64,000 nucleotides of DNA from Anaeramoeba ignava BMAN. Its lineage: Eukaryota > Protista > Anaeramoebae. The notes under the pieces were generated by a model. It made no database searches, was not told where the DNA came from, and saw only the letters and a program-made list of their open reading frames with translations. The position numbers were made by a program, and so were the translations under genes. Location: positions 248,001-312,000 of the forward strand of contig JAPDFW010000076.1 of assembly GCA_028826165.1 (NCBI GenBank), read 5' to 3'. This document shows positions 25,870-40,800 of this stretch, piece after piece; positions within the stretch are counted from its first letter, which is position 1, and every line of letters starts with the position of its first letter.

Positions 25870-25939
25870 AATCAAAATCAAAATAATTTTTTTTTCACTT
25901 TTTTTTTAATGAAGAAAAAAAAAAATTTTAAAAAAAAGA

Positions 25940-26280
25940 AAGATTTATTTTTAAATTCTTTTTCAATTTAATTTTGATTTCTTTTTAAATTTATTTTTAA
26001 ATTCTTTTTAAATTCTTTTTAAATTTAATTTTGAATTCTTTTTGAATTCTTTTTAAATTCTTTTTCAATTCTTTTTCAATTCTTTTTAAATTCTTTTTAA
26101 ATTCTTTTTAAATTTATTTTTAAATTTATTTTTAAATTTAAATTCTTTTTAAATTTAAATTCTTTTTCAATTCTTTTTAAATTCTTTTTAAATTTGATTT
26201 TGATTTCTTTTTAAATTCTTTTTAAATTCTTTTTAAATTCTTTTTAAATTCTTTTTCAATTTAATTTTAAATTCTTTTTA
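25940..26280. repeat. 12-bp repeat (AATTCTTTTTAA)n between convergent 3' ends
   Basis: Directly visible. Confidence 0.8.
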
Positions 26281-26283
26281 AAT

Positions 26284-26645
26284 TTAAATTTGATTTTTTG
26301 AAGTAAGAGTTTTAATAAATTGAAATAAAGAAGAACCAACAAGAATAAAAATGAAAATTGCAATAAGAATTGGTGTCATTTTTAAACTTTCTTTATCTTT
26401 CTATTATTATTTTATTTTATAATTTAATAATAAATTCAACGTTTGAAAAAAAAAATTTTTTTTTATTTTAATTTTTTCTTTTATTTAATTTTTTTTTTTA
26501 TAAAGTCTAACCTTTGGTTTTTTCTTTAAATGATCTTGTACAACTTTTTTCTTTCTTTCTTTAATAGTTTTTGATTCCTAAAAAATTTAAAAACAAACAA
26601 TTACAATTACTTATTTATTTTATTTTAATTTTTTTATTTTACCAT
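26284..26645 (-). CDS. SERP1: SERP1/RAMP4 family tail-anchored ER protein (61 aa, 3 exons)
   Basis: Exons 26645-26643 (ATG only), 26577-26512, 26400-26284 give MESKTIKERKKKVVQDHLKKKPKKDKESLKMTPILIAIFIFILVGSSLFQFIKTLTSKNQI*. The C-terminal TM matches the RAMP4 pattern (P.LL..FIF.V.GS..FQ.I). Confidence 0.8.
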
Positions 26646-26689
26646 TTAAATTTATAAAAAATGAAAAAAATGAAAAATGAAAAATGAAA

Positions 26690-27997
26690 AATGAAATAAA
26701 TTTAATTAAAAAAGTGAAATAAATTTAATTAAAAAAAATAGAATAAATCTAATTAAAAAATTGGAAATAAATTTAATTTAAAAAAATAGAATAAATTTAA
26801 ATTAAAAATGGAATAAATTTAATTAAAAATTTAAAAATTAAAAATGGTAAATTTAATTTAAAAAATTAATTTAAAAAGTGGAATAAATTTAATTTAAAAA
26901 TTGGAATAAATTAATTAAAAAATGAATAAATTTAATTTAAAAATAAATTTAATTAAAAAATAGAATAAATTTAATTTAAAAATGGAATAAATTTAATTAA
27001 AAATTTAATTAAAAAGAATAAATTTAATTAAAATTTAATTTAAAAAATAAATTTAATTTAAAAATTGGAATAAATTTAATTTAAAAATAGAATAAATTTA
27101 ATTAAAAATGGAAATAAATTTAATTTAAAAAATTGGAATAAATTTAATTTAAAAAATAAAATAAATTTAATTAAAAAAATAGAATAAATTTAATTTAAAA
27201 AAATGGAATAAATCTAATTAAAAAAATGAAATAAATTTAATTAAAAAAAGTAGAATAAATTTAATTAAAAAATGGAATAAATCTAATTAAAAAAATGGAA
27301 TAAATTTAATTAAAAAGTAGAATAAATCTAATTTAAAAAATGGAATAAAATTTAATTTAAAAATGGAATAAATCTAATTTAAAAAATGGAATAAATTTAA
27401 TTATAAAAAGTGGAATAAATCTAATTAAAAATTGGAAATAAATTTAATTTAAAAAATGTGGAATAAATTTAATTAAAAAAATAGAATAAATTTAATTAAA
27501 AAAAGTGGAATAAATTTAATTTAAAAAATTGGAAATAAATTTAATTAAAAATTGGAAATAAATTTAATTAAAAAAAATAGAATAAATTTAAATTAAAAAA
27601 ATGGAATAAATTTAATTAAAAAATAGAATAAATTTAATTTAAAAAAATAGAATAAATTTAATTTAAAAAGTGGAATAAATCTAATTTAAAAAGTGGAATA
27701 AATTTAATTTAAAAAAGTGGAATCAATCTAATTTAAAAAATGGAATAAATTTAATTAAAAAGTAGAATAAATCTAATTTAAAAAAAATAGAATAAATTTA
27801 ATTTAAAAAGTGGAATAAATTTAATTAAAAAAAAATGGAATAAATTTATTTAAAAATGGAATAAATTTAATTTAAAAATAGAATAAATTTAATTTAAAAA
27901 AGAAATTAATTTGGAATAAATTTAATTTAAAAATGGAATCAATTTAATTTAAAAATGGAATAAATCTAATTAAAAAAAAATAGAATAAATTTAATTA
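26690..27997. repeat. ~20-23 bp minisatellite (GGAATAAATTTAATTAAAAAAT)n
   Basis: Directly visible; the same unit resumes at 37730-37775. Confidence 0.9.
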
Positions 27998-28099
27998 TTA
28001 ATTATTATTTAAAACATAAAATTAAATATTAAATTATATTTTAAAATTAATTTATCAATTAAATATTAGTTCAAACTTATTCTCATTTTTTATATTTCA

Positions 28100-28705
<606 letters not shown>

Positions 28706-28827
28706 TGGGAATTTATTTGAAAATTAAAATCAAAATTGAAAATAATTTGATTTTGCTTTTTTTTATTGAAATTGATTGTAAGAAAAGAAAAGAAAAGAAA
28801 TGAAAAATTAGAAGTTATTCAATTTTG

Positions 28828-31800
28828 TTATAAATTTTTTAAAGCCAATTTTCCATATTTTTGAATATTTTGATTATTTGGGAATTTTTTAATTGCTGTT
28901 TTTATAAGTTGAATTCCTTTCAATCTTTTTATTTCTCTTCTATTTTCTATTTTTGATTTTAATTTAATTTAATTTAATAAATATTCATTTTTCCATTTAT
29001 TTTTGGATTGATTTATTTTATTATTTACTTTTATTATTAAAAGCAATATTCCCTAAAGCGAAACATCCATAATCTTGAATATCTTGATTATTTGGGAAAT
29101 TATTCATTGATTTAATAATAGGTTCAATTCCTTTTAAATTATTAATTTCAATTTGGTTTTCTATTTTTTTATTTTAATTAAATTTTTGGAAAATAAATTT
29201 AAAATTAATTTAATTTAATTTAATTTAATTTAATTATTTGGATTTTAATTAATAATTAATAATTAATATTTATTATTTTGTAAATTTATTTTAATTTTTG
29301 TTTTGGAAATTATTTTCTATTGATTTTTTTGTGTTTAATTTTTTAATTTTTTAAATTTAAAATATATAAAGAAAAATGGAAAATAATATTTGGATTTTTT
29401 GATTTATTTATTTTTTTGGATTGATTTATTTTATTATTTACCATTATTATTAGCAGCAATATTCCCTAAAGCGAAACATCCATAATATTGAATATCTTCA
29501 TTATTTGGGAAATTATTCATTGATTTAATAATAGGTTCAATTCCATTTAAATTATTAATTTCAATTAGGTTTTCTATTTTTTTATTTTAATTAAATTTTT
29601 GGAAAATAAATTTAAAATTAATTTAATTTAATTTAATTATTAATTATTTGGATTTTAATTAATAATTAATATTTAATAATTAATATTTTGTAAATTTATT
29701 TTAATTTTTGTTTTGGAAATTATTTTCTATTGATTTTTTTGTGTTTAATTTTTTAATTTTTTAAATTTAAAATATATATAAATAAAAATAGAAAATAATA
29801 TTTGGATTTTTTAATTGATTTATTTTTTGATTGATTTATTTTATTATTTACTTTTATTAATAGCAATAGCCCATAAAGCGAAACATCCATTTTCTTGAAT
29901 ATTTTGATTATTTGGGAAATTATTCATTGATTTAATAATAGGTTCAATTCCTTTTAAATTATTAATTTCAATTTGGTTTTCTATTTTTTTTATTTTATTT
30001 TAATTAAATTTTTGGAAAATAAATTTAAAATTAATTAATAATTAATAATTATTAATTATTTATTTTTGGATTTTAATTAATAATTAATAATTATTATTTA
30101 TTATTTTGTAAATTTATTTTTGTTTTTTTTTTTGAAATTATTTTCTATTGATTTTTTTGTGTTTAATTTTTTAATTTTTTAAATTTAAAAAAAATAAATA
30201 AAAATGGAAAATAATATTTGGATTTTTTGATTTATTTATTTTTTTGGATTGATTTATTTTATTATTTACTTTTATTACTAGCAATATTCCCTAAAGCTCT
30301 ACATCCTTGATTTTGAATATTTTCATTATTTGGGAAATTATTCATTGATTTAATAATAGGTTCAATTCCTTTTAAATTATTAATTTCAATTTTGTTTTCT
30401 TTTTTTTTATTTTAATTAAATTTTTGGAAAATAAATTTAAAATTAATTAATTTAATTTAATTTTTAATTATTTTGGATTTTAATTAATAATTAATATTTA
30501 TTATTTAATATTTATTATTTTGTAAATTTGGTTTATTTTGGAAATTATTTTCTATTGATTTTTTTATGTTTAATTTTTTAATTTTTTAAATTTAAAAAAA
30601 ATAAATAAAAATGGAAAATAATATTTGGATTTTTTGATTTATTTTTTTGATTGATTTATTTTATTATTTACCATTATTAACAGCAATATTCCCTAAAGCT
30701 AAACATCCATAATATTGAATATTTTCATTATTTGGGAAATTATTCATTGATTTAATAATAGGTTCAATTCCTTTTAAATTATTAATTTCAATTTTGTTTT
30801 CTATTTTTTTATTTTAATTAAATTTTTGGAAAATAAATTTAAAATTAATTTAATTTAATTTAATTTTTAATTATTTTGGATTTTAATTAATATTTAATAT
30901 TTAATAATTATTATTTATTAAATTTGGTTTATTTTGGAAATTATTTTCTATTGATTTTTTTATGTTTAATTTTTTAATTTTTTAAATTTAAAAAAAATAA
31001 ATAAAAATGGAAAATAATATTTGGATTTTTTGATTTATTTTTTTGGATTGATTTATTTTATTATTTACCATTATTATTAGCAGCAATATTCCCTAAAGCG
31101 AAACATCCATATTTTTGAATATTTTGATTATTTGGGAAATTATTCATTGATTTAATAATAGGTTCAATTCCTTTTAAATTATTAATTTCAATTTGGTTTT
31201 CTATTTTTTTATTTTAATTAAATTTTTGGAAAATAAATTTAAAATTAATTTAATTTAATTTAATTTTTAATTATTTTGGATTTTAATTAATATTTAATAT
31301 TTAATAATTATTATTTATTAAATTTATTTTAATTTTTTTTTTGTGTTTAATTTTTTAATTTTTTAAATTTAAAAATAAAGAAAAATGGAAAATAATATTT
31401 GGATTTTTTGATTTATTTATTTTTTGGATTGATTTATTTTATTATTTACCATTATTATTAGCAGCAATATTCCCTAAAGCGAAACATCCATATTCTTGAA
31501 TATTTTGATTATTTGGGAAATTATTCATTGATTTAATAATAGGTTCAATTCCTTTTAAATTATTAATTTCAATTTGGTTTTCTATTTTTGATTTTAATTA
31601 AATTTTTGGAAAATAAATTTAAAATTATTTAATTTAATTTGATTTGATTTTTTTGGATTTTAATTAATAAATAATAATTAATTAATTATTATTTAGTAAA
31701 TTTATTTAGTTTTGTTTTGGAAATTATTTTCTATTGATTTTTTTGTGTTTAATTTTTTAATTTTTTAAATTTAAAAAAATAAAGAAAAATGGAAAATAAT

Positions 31801-34800
31801 ATTTGGATTTTTTGATTGATTTATTTTTTTGGATTGATTTATTTTATTATTTACCATTATTATTAGCAGCAATATTCCCTAAAGCTCTACATCCATAATC
31901 TTGAATATCTTGATTATTTGGGAAATTATTCATTGATTTAATAATAGGTTCAATTCCTTTTAAATTATTAATTTCAATTTGGTTTTCTATTTTTTTATTT
32001 TAATTAAATTTTTGGAAAATAAATTTAAAATTAATTTAATTTAATTTAATTTTTAATTATTTTGGATTTTAATTAATAATTAATATTTATTAAATTTAAT
32101 TTTTTGGAAATTATTTTCTATTGATTTTTTTATGTTTAATTTTTTAATTTTTTAAATTTAAAAAAATAAAGAAAAATGGAAAATAATATTTGGATTTTTT
32201 GATTTATTTTTTTGATTGATTTATTTTATTATTTACCATTATTAACAGCAATATTCCCTAAAGCTCTACATCCATATTTTTGAATATTTTGATTATTTGG
32301 GAAATTATTCATTGATTTAATAATAGGTTCAATTCCTTTTAAATTATTAATTTCAATTTTGTTTTCTATTTTTTTATTTTAATTAAATTTTTGGAAAATA
32401 AATTTAAAATTAATTTAATTTAATTTAATTATTAATTATTTTGGATTTTAATTAATAATTAATATTATTTATTATTTTGTAAATTTATTTAGTTTTGTTT
32501 TGGAAATTATTTTCTATTGATTTTTTTGTGTTTAATTTTTTAATTTTTTAAATTTAAAAAAAATAAAGAAAAATAGAAAATAATATTTGGATTTTTTGAT
32601 TTATTTATTTTTTTGATTGATTTATTTTATTATTTACCATTATTATTAGCAATATTCCCTAAAGCTCTACATCCTCGATATTGAATATCTTGATTATTTG
32701 GGAAATTATTCATTGATTTAATAATAGGTTCAATTCCTTTTAAATTATTAATTTCAATTTTGTTTTCTATTTTTTTATTTTAATTAAATTTTTGGAAAAT
32801 AAATTTAAAATTAATTAATTTAATTTAATTTAATTTTTTTTGGATTAGAATTTTGGAATTAAAAAATATGGAAATAAATGTTTTCTGTTTTTTTTCTTGT
32901 ATTTTTTTACCTGAATTAAGTGCAATATTAATTAAAATTGAAATGGAATTTTCTTGAATAATTTGGTTATTTGGATAATTATTAATTGTATTAATAATTG
33001 TTTTAATTCCATTTAATTTAGAAATTTCTTTTCCTTTTATTTTTCGGTTTTGAATTTCTTCATCTTTTTGTTTTTGTTTTTGTTTTTGGAAAGAAGAAAA
33101 GAAATTGAAATTTCCAAATAATTAATTTAATTTTCTTTCTTTTTGATTTTTGATTTTGTTAAAAAAATAATTTAATTTACGTTTTAATCCTCCTGAAAAT
33201 ATTAATAAAGCTTCAGATGATTTAATTTGAATTTCTTGATTATTTGGAAAATTATTCATTGATTTAATAAGAGGTTCAATTCCATTTAAATTCTTTATTT
33301 CAATTTGATTATCTTTTAATTTCCAATTTCATCATTATTTTTTATTTTAATTAATTTCAAAAAATAAATCAAGTTTTAAAATAAATGAAATTATTTTCCA
33401 AATTAAAAAATAAATATTTACTTTCATTTTCTTTTGTAAATTTTTGTAAAATAAAACATCCATTTTCTTGAATAATTTCATTTGTTGGAAAATTATTCAT
33501 ACATTCAATAATAAAAGGAACATCAATTTCAATTAATTCTTTTGTTTTTTTTTTTGTAATTTAAAAATGAAATATTATTAAATATATAATAAATTGATTA
33601 AAATCATTCAATTCAATTTAATTTCATTTTTTGTTTTGTGTTTGATTTACTTTGATCATTTTGTTGAATTTTATTTGAAAGATCTTGTAAAAAATTTGTT
33701 GTTTTTTCTATTGATTGAAGAATTTTAATTTTTGATTTTTGATTTTGATTTTGATTTTGAATATTTTTGATTTTTTGATTAATTTTTGAATAAAATTCAT
33801 TTTTTATTTTTTCAATTTCATTTTTAATTTCTTGAATTATTTTTTCAATTTCATTTAAATTTTCATTTTTAATTTCAATTTCTTGGATTTTCTTTTCAAT
33901 TATTTCTAAATATTTATTTTTTTGGAATTTAATTTTATTTTTTATTTCTTCAATTATTTTATCAATTTTTTCTAAATTTTCATTTTCATTTTCATTTTTG
34001 TTTTGTTGAATAAATTGTTTAAATTCTTCAATTTCTTCTTTTCTTTTTTCAATTTCATTCTTAAATTTTTGAATTGTTTCTTCAAATGATTTTAAATCTT
34101 TTTCTGTTTTTAATTTGGGAAAATTTATTAATTCTTGATATTTTTTATCAATTTCTTCCAAATTTATATTCTTTATTTCTTTGAATTTATTTTGAATTTC
34201 TTCAATTTGTTTTTGAAAATTTTCTAAATCTTGTTTTCTATTTTGTTCAAATAAATCTTTCAAATTAATAATTATTTTATTAAATTCTTGTAAATCTTCT
34301 TTTTTCATTTTTTCATTTTCATTTTGAATTAATTTTTGAAATTTTTCTTTAATTTCTTTTTTCCATTTTTTATATTCTTCTTGAATTTCTTGAATTTCTT
34401 TTTTAATTTTTTCTAATTTTTCTTTTTCTTTTGATTGTTCTTTGTTGATAATAAAGTTGATTAATTTGAAATTCTGATATTTGATTTTCTTCTCTAAATT
34501 CTTGAATATTTGAATTTAATAAAACAATTTTATTTTGAAATTGAGAAATTGATTTATTTTTGATTTGTTGAATTTGAAATTGATTAATTGATTTTGTTTG
34601 TGAAATTTGATTTAATAAAGTTGAAAAGAATTTTCAATTTCCATTTTTTCATTTTCATTTTCATTTTGATCTATTTCAAAATTAATTAATTTTATCAATT
34701 TTTTTTGATTATTTTGATTCCATTTTTGTTCAATTTGTTGAATAATTTGAAGTTGATTTGGAATAGTTTGATTTAAAGAAATTAATCCAATAAAATTGTA

Positions 34801-35397
34801 AATTTGATTTTGATTTTGATTTAAATATTTATCAAAATTTGGATTTGAAATGATAAATTGAATATTTTGGAAAATAAATTTTTCACAATTTTGAGAAAGA
34901 TTTTTTGAATTAATTTGTTGAGATTTAAAATAAATTTCTAAAATATTTTCAATATTAAAAATTGATTGAATTTCAAGTTCAATTTTGATTTTAATTTCTT
35001 TTAATTTAATTTGATTTGCAAATTTAAAATATTCATCAAATTTTTGTTTATCAAATTCAAATTTTCCATTATAAAAAAATTTAATAATTGGTTTAACAAT
35101 TTCAGAACTAAAATTATTAAAATAAATTGAATTAAATTTATTTTCTCTTCTATTTATCATAAAATATTTTGAACGAGCTTCTAAAATTGATTTATGGCAA
35201 GGAATTGAAATTTTATCTTTTCCACAATAAATTTGAAAATCTGAAGTTTTTTTATTTCCAAACATTAAACCAATTTGTTTATTTGCTTGATTTATTAAGA
35301 ATTTATTGAATTTTTTAATTTTGGATTGAATTCTTTGATTTTGATTTTGATTTTGATTTTGATTTTGATTTTGATTTTGATTTTGATTTGAATTCAT
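28828..35397 (-). CDS. BTB/BACK - coiled coil - Armadillo-repeat array protein, copy 2 (spliced; two 1-nt frameshifts in exon 1)
   Basis: Exon 1 35397-33651 (indels near 34625 and 34455). N-cap 33538-33422. Divergent ARM exons 33312-33181 and 33063-32911. Array exons 32766-32638, 32365-32237, 31986-31855, 31581-31450, 31200-31069, 30800-30672, 30398-30270, 29980-29852, 29573-29442, 29160-29029. Terminal exon 28946-28828. All introns are phase 1 and all internal exon lengths are multiples of 3. Confidence 0.85.
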
Positions 35398-36439
35398 TTC
35401 TTTTCTTTTTTTTTCAAATAAAAAGATTTTAATTAATAATCAATTTATTATTTTGATTATTTAAATGTTTTTAATAAATAATTTATGTTTAATTTGATAT
35501 TTTTATTATTAATTTTTTGTTTATTTTATTAAATAAAAAAAAGGAAAAATAATATTTTTGCTTTTTGTTTTTGATTAAATAAATTATATTTTAATTAATA
35601 ATTTATAAATATTTTGATTATTTAAATGTTTTTAATAAATAATTTATGTTTAATTAGATATTTTTATATTTAATTTTTTTAAAAATATTTACTTAATTTA
35701 AATTGTTTTTGATTAAATAAATTATATTTTAATTAATAATTTATAAATATTTTGATTTATTTAAATGTTTTTAATAAATAATTTATGTTTAATTTGATAT
35801 TTTTATTATTAATTTTTAAAAATATTTACTTAATTTAAATTGTTTTTATTTAAATAAATTATATTTTAATTAATAATTTATAAATATTTTGATTACTGAA
35901 ATGTTTTTCATATTATTTTTATGTTTAATTTATTATTTTTATTATTAATTTTTGTTTATTTTATTAAATAAAAAAGGAAAAAAATATTTTGCTTTTTGTT
36001 TTTAATTAAATAAATTATATTTTTAATAATTAATTTATAAATATTTTGATTATTTAAATGTTTTTAATAAATAATTTATGTTTAATTTATTATTTTTATT
36101 ATTAATTTTTTTTAAAAAATATTTACTTAATTTAAATTGTTTTTTTATTTAAAAAAAAAGGAAAAAAATGAAAAATAAAAAAATAAAAAAAATGAAATTA
36201 TTTTAATTTAATATTTAATTTTGGAATTAATTCTAATTTATATATTTTATCAATCTTTCTTTATTTAAAATCATATAAAATAATTCCCAATAATGTAATA
36301 AAATTAGAAAAAAAAATTTGAAATATTTTAATAAAGATAAAAATTGAATTTTAATAATATTTAACAATCGTTGGCTTGGTTTTTTTGTTATTCAAAATTT
36401 ATATAAATTTTTTCATTGCTCTAATTACAATTTTTAAAT

Positions 36440-37730
36440 ATTCATTCTTTATATTTTTATGTTAAATATTGAAATAATAAAATATTTAAATCTAAAACAT
36501 TAAATTATTATTTTAATAATAAAATTAAATATTAAATTATATTTTTAAAATGATTTATAAATTAAATATTAAATTAAATCTATTCTTATTTTTTATATTT
36601 ATTTGTTAAATATTGAAATAATAAAATATTTAAATCTAAAACATTAAATTATTATTTTAATAATAAAATTAAATATTAAATTATATTTTTAAATTGATTT
36701 ATAAATTAAATATTAAATTAAACTTATTCTTATTTTTATATTTATATGTTTAATATTTAAATAATAAAATATTTAAAATCTAAAACATTAAATTATTATT
36801 TTAATAATAAAATTAAATTAGAAATTATATTTTTTAAATTGATTTATAAATTAAATACTAAATTAAATCTATTCTTATTTTTATATTTTCTTTGTTAAAT
36901 ATTTAAATAATAAAATATTTAAATTTAAAACATTAAATTATTATTTTAATAATAAAATTAAATATTAAATTATATTTTTAAATTGATTTATAAATTAAAT
37001 ATTAAATTAAATCTATTCTTATTTTTATATTTATATGTTAAATATTTAAATAATAAAATATTTAAATTTAAAACATTAAATTATTATTTTAATAATAAAA
37101 TTAATTTAGAAATTATATTTTTAAAATGATTTATAAATTAAATATTAAATTAAATCTATTCTTATTTTTATATTTTTATGTTAAATATTTAAATAATAAA
37201 ATATTTAAATCTAAAACATTAAATTATTATTTTAATAATAAAAATTAAATTCAGAAATTATATTTTTAAAATGATTTATAAATTAAATATTAAATTAAAT
37301 CTATTCTTATTTTTATATTTATATGTTAAATATGTAAATAAGAAAATATTTAAATTTAAAACATTAAATTATTATTTTAATAATAAAACATTAAATTATA
37401 TTTAAAATGATTTATAAATTAAATATTAAATTAAATCTATTCTTATTTTTATATTTTTATATAAAAATTTAAATAATAAAATATATTTTTAAAATTAAAT
37501 TATTATTTTAATAATTAAATTTAAATTATATTTTTAAAATGATTTATAAATTAAATATTAAATTAAATCTATTCTTATTTTTTATATTTATATGTTAAAT
37601 ATTTAAATAATAAAATATTTAAATTTAAAACATTAAATTATTATTTTAATAATAGAATTAAATTAGAAATTATATTTTTAAATTGATTTATAAATTAAAT
37701 ATTAAATTAAATCTATTCTCATTTTTTATA
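36440..37730 (-). repeat. ~143-bp satellite (~9 units), reverse complement of 1140-3215
   Basis: AAATATTTAAATCTAAAACATTAAA units. Confidence 0.9.
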
Positions 37731-37840
37731 TAAATTTAATTAAAAAAATGTGGAATAAAATTAATTAAAAAACTTAAAATGATTTCTTCTTTTTTATTAA
37801 AAAAAAAAGAAAAAAAATACTTTCTTTCAAATCATTGCAA

Positions 37841-40800
37841 TTAATTCACTTTCTTTTTCTCTCTAGGTTCACGAATCAAAGAAAGAGAATATATAGCCTT
37901 ACTATCTTTAGAATTAGAAATGGAATCCATAATAAAATTAAAAATTTCAGGAACTTTTTCAAAAAAATAAGGCATTTGTTGATAAGTTTGAATATCTGAA
38001 ATAACGGTTGAAATTTTTCTTCTCTTTTCAAAATTGATAAGCTCTTTGCTGCCATTTTTTGAAGAAATAAAGTCTCTATTTCCATTTCCAATGAAAACCA
38101 AATCAGTAAAATAAACACCCAAATAAGGAATACAAGGTGGATTCCTTGATTTTAAAGTTTCTCGATAGAACTTAGAATTATCATCAGTCGCCAAATATCG
38201 TTGCATCTCTTGGTACAATTCTATCTGCCGCGGTGGTACGAGTTCCCATGTTTTCTTTAAGCGATGAACCGCAGAATTTGTTAATCCCGCAATTACTTCT
38301 TGAATTGAATTAAAATTATTTAGTTCATTGCATTTCTGCGAAAATTTGATAAAATAAGAAATCATTGCAGCGCGTGATTTGGGCTTCTCAGGCGCAACAA
38401 TTTCCCCTGCAATCCACACTCCAATTTTATTGAACATTTCAGTCATTTTTATGATGTTTGGTGCGCGAGTCTCCTTATCTGGCTTTAGCCATCCTTCTCC
38501 AAGACACTCTTTTGGTTGGATTGCTTTGTATAGATCAAATTCTATCAACGCAACCTGTCTTGCTAACTCCAAGGGATCGATATCTGTTGTCTTCAAATTC
38601 GTTGTTGTTTTGGGTAAAATTGGTTTTGGAAAAATTATGCTTTTTGAATATTCTACTTTTTTTTTTTGGTTTTCTTGCTTTTTTTTTAATAAATCTCCGA
38701 GTTGTTCTGATGGTTTTTCTAATCCTGGAATTTGTTTAGTATTTTCAATAAAACTTTGTACTTCTTCGATAATAGATGGATCATTTATAAAGTCATAAAA
38801 GTGAGATTTAATCCAATGGTTTAAAACATTAAAAACTCTATATTTTTTTATCCGATTTTAATTTTAATTTTAATTATAATTTTATAAATGAAATTTAATT
38901 TTAATTTTATAAATGAATTTTAATTTTATAAATGAATTTTAATTTTAATTTTATAAATGAATTTTAATTTTAATTTTAATTTTAATTTTAATTTTATAAA
39001 TGAATTTTAATTTAAATTTTAATTTTAATTATAATTTTATAAATTAATTTTAATTATAATTTTATAAATTTTAATTTTTAATTTTAATTTTATAAATGAA
39101 TTTTAATTTTAATAATTTTAATTTTAATTTTAATTTTAATATTAATTTTAATTTTAATTTTAATTTTAATATTAATTTTAATTTTAATTTTAATTTTAAT
39201 TTTAATTTTTATCTTAATTTTATAAATGAATTTTAATTTTAATTTTTATTTTAATTTTAATTTTATTTTATAAATGAATTTTATAAATGAATTTTAATTT
39301 TAATTTTATAAATGAATTTTAATTTTTTGGAAAAATACTTTAATTTTGTTAAACTTTGATTTTTTTTAAAAATTTCTAAATTTGCTCCTTGACAATCTTC
39401 AGGTGGTTCTTCAATACATCTTTCTTTCAATAAATTTAGAAGTTCAGAAGGGGAAGTAAATGATCTATATGTTAAAAGGAAAGTTTGCAAAAATTCTTGA
39501 TCTAAAATTCATTCAAATTAAAATTAAAATAAAATGAAATAATATAAAGTTCATTTAAACTCAAATAAAAATGTTCATTTTTGCTTTAAAATATTTTATT
39601 TACCAGAACTTCTTGGTTTTGTAAGAAATTTTACAAGCATTTTAACTATTGCTGCTTGAATTTGATATTTTTTCTTGTTTTTATCGTAAAATAATAAATA
39701 ATCATCTTCATCATCTTCATCAGAAACAATTTTGTCTTGTTCTGCTAATTCATCTTTTAGAATTAAACCTATTCATTATTTTAATTTTAATTTTTTATCC
39801 GATTTTAATTTTAATTTTATTTTTATTTTTAATTTTAATTTTAATTTTAATTTTAATTTTAATTTTATAAATGAATTTTAATTTATAATTAAATTGTAAA
39901 TAAAAATATAAACCTGATTCTGAAATAGATTCACGAAGTCGAGGAGTTGAACATTTTTGTGCACAAAATTTATCTTGATAAATTGCTTTTGGTTCAAGTT
40001 TTAAAGAAATTTCCAAAAATTCATCAAAATTTGATTTTGGTTGTAATGAATCAAGATAAGTATGAATTGCTTGAACTAATCTAAATTTATAAATCTTTTC
40101 AATGATTTTGATTTAATAAAAAAAACATCAATGATTTTTTTAATTCTATTTTTAATAAATACTGATAATTGACAAAGTTGCATAAATTCAACAATTTTTG
40201 AAATTGCTGATAATTTTTTTAAATTGATTAATTTTTTATTTTTTTCATGAAATGTTTCATGTTCAGATTCAATTAAAGAAATATCATAAAGTATTAAATC
40301 TAAAAGAAATAAAACGGTGAAAAAAATTTTTTTGTTAAAATTGAATTAAAATCAATAAATATTTTTAATTTAAACCTAAAAATGGAATGCAAGGAAAATT
40401 AATTTCACTTAAAATTTGTCTATATTTCCTATAATTATTTGCTGGATTCACAACAGTTGTTAATTTATCAAATTGTCTTTTTTGTTCAACAGAAACATGC
40501 TTTAATTATTTTTAATTTATTATTTAATATTTTTTGTTTTTCCTTTTGAAATTAAAATATTTCATACTTCCCAAGAATTTCTAAGTCTAAATATTGAATC
40601 AGATTGTAAACCAGACATAATTGCAAATAGTGCGTAAAAATTATTTAATTCAAAGCATCTCTTTTTTTTTGAAATGTTTTATTTAAATTGATTTTAAATT
40701 GATATAAAATATTTGATTTAAATTGATTTAAAATTGATTTAAAATTGATTATAAAAATGATTTTAAATATTTGATTTAAAATTGATTTAAAATTTATTAT

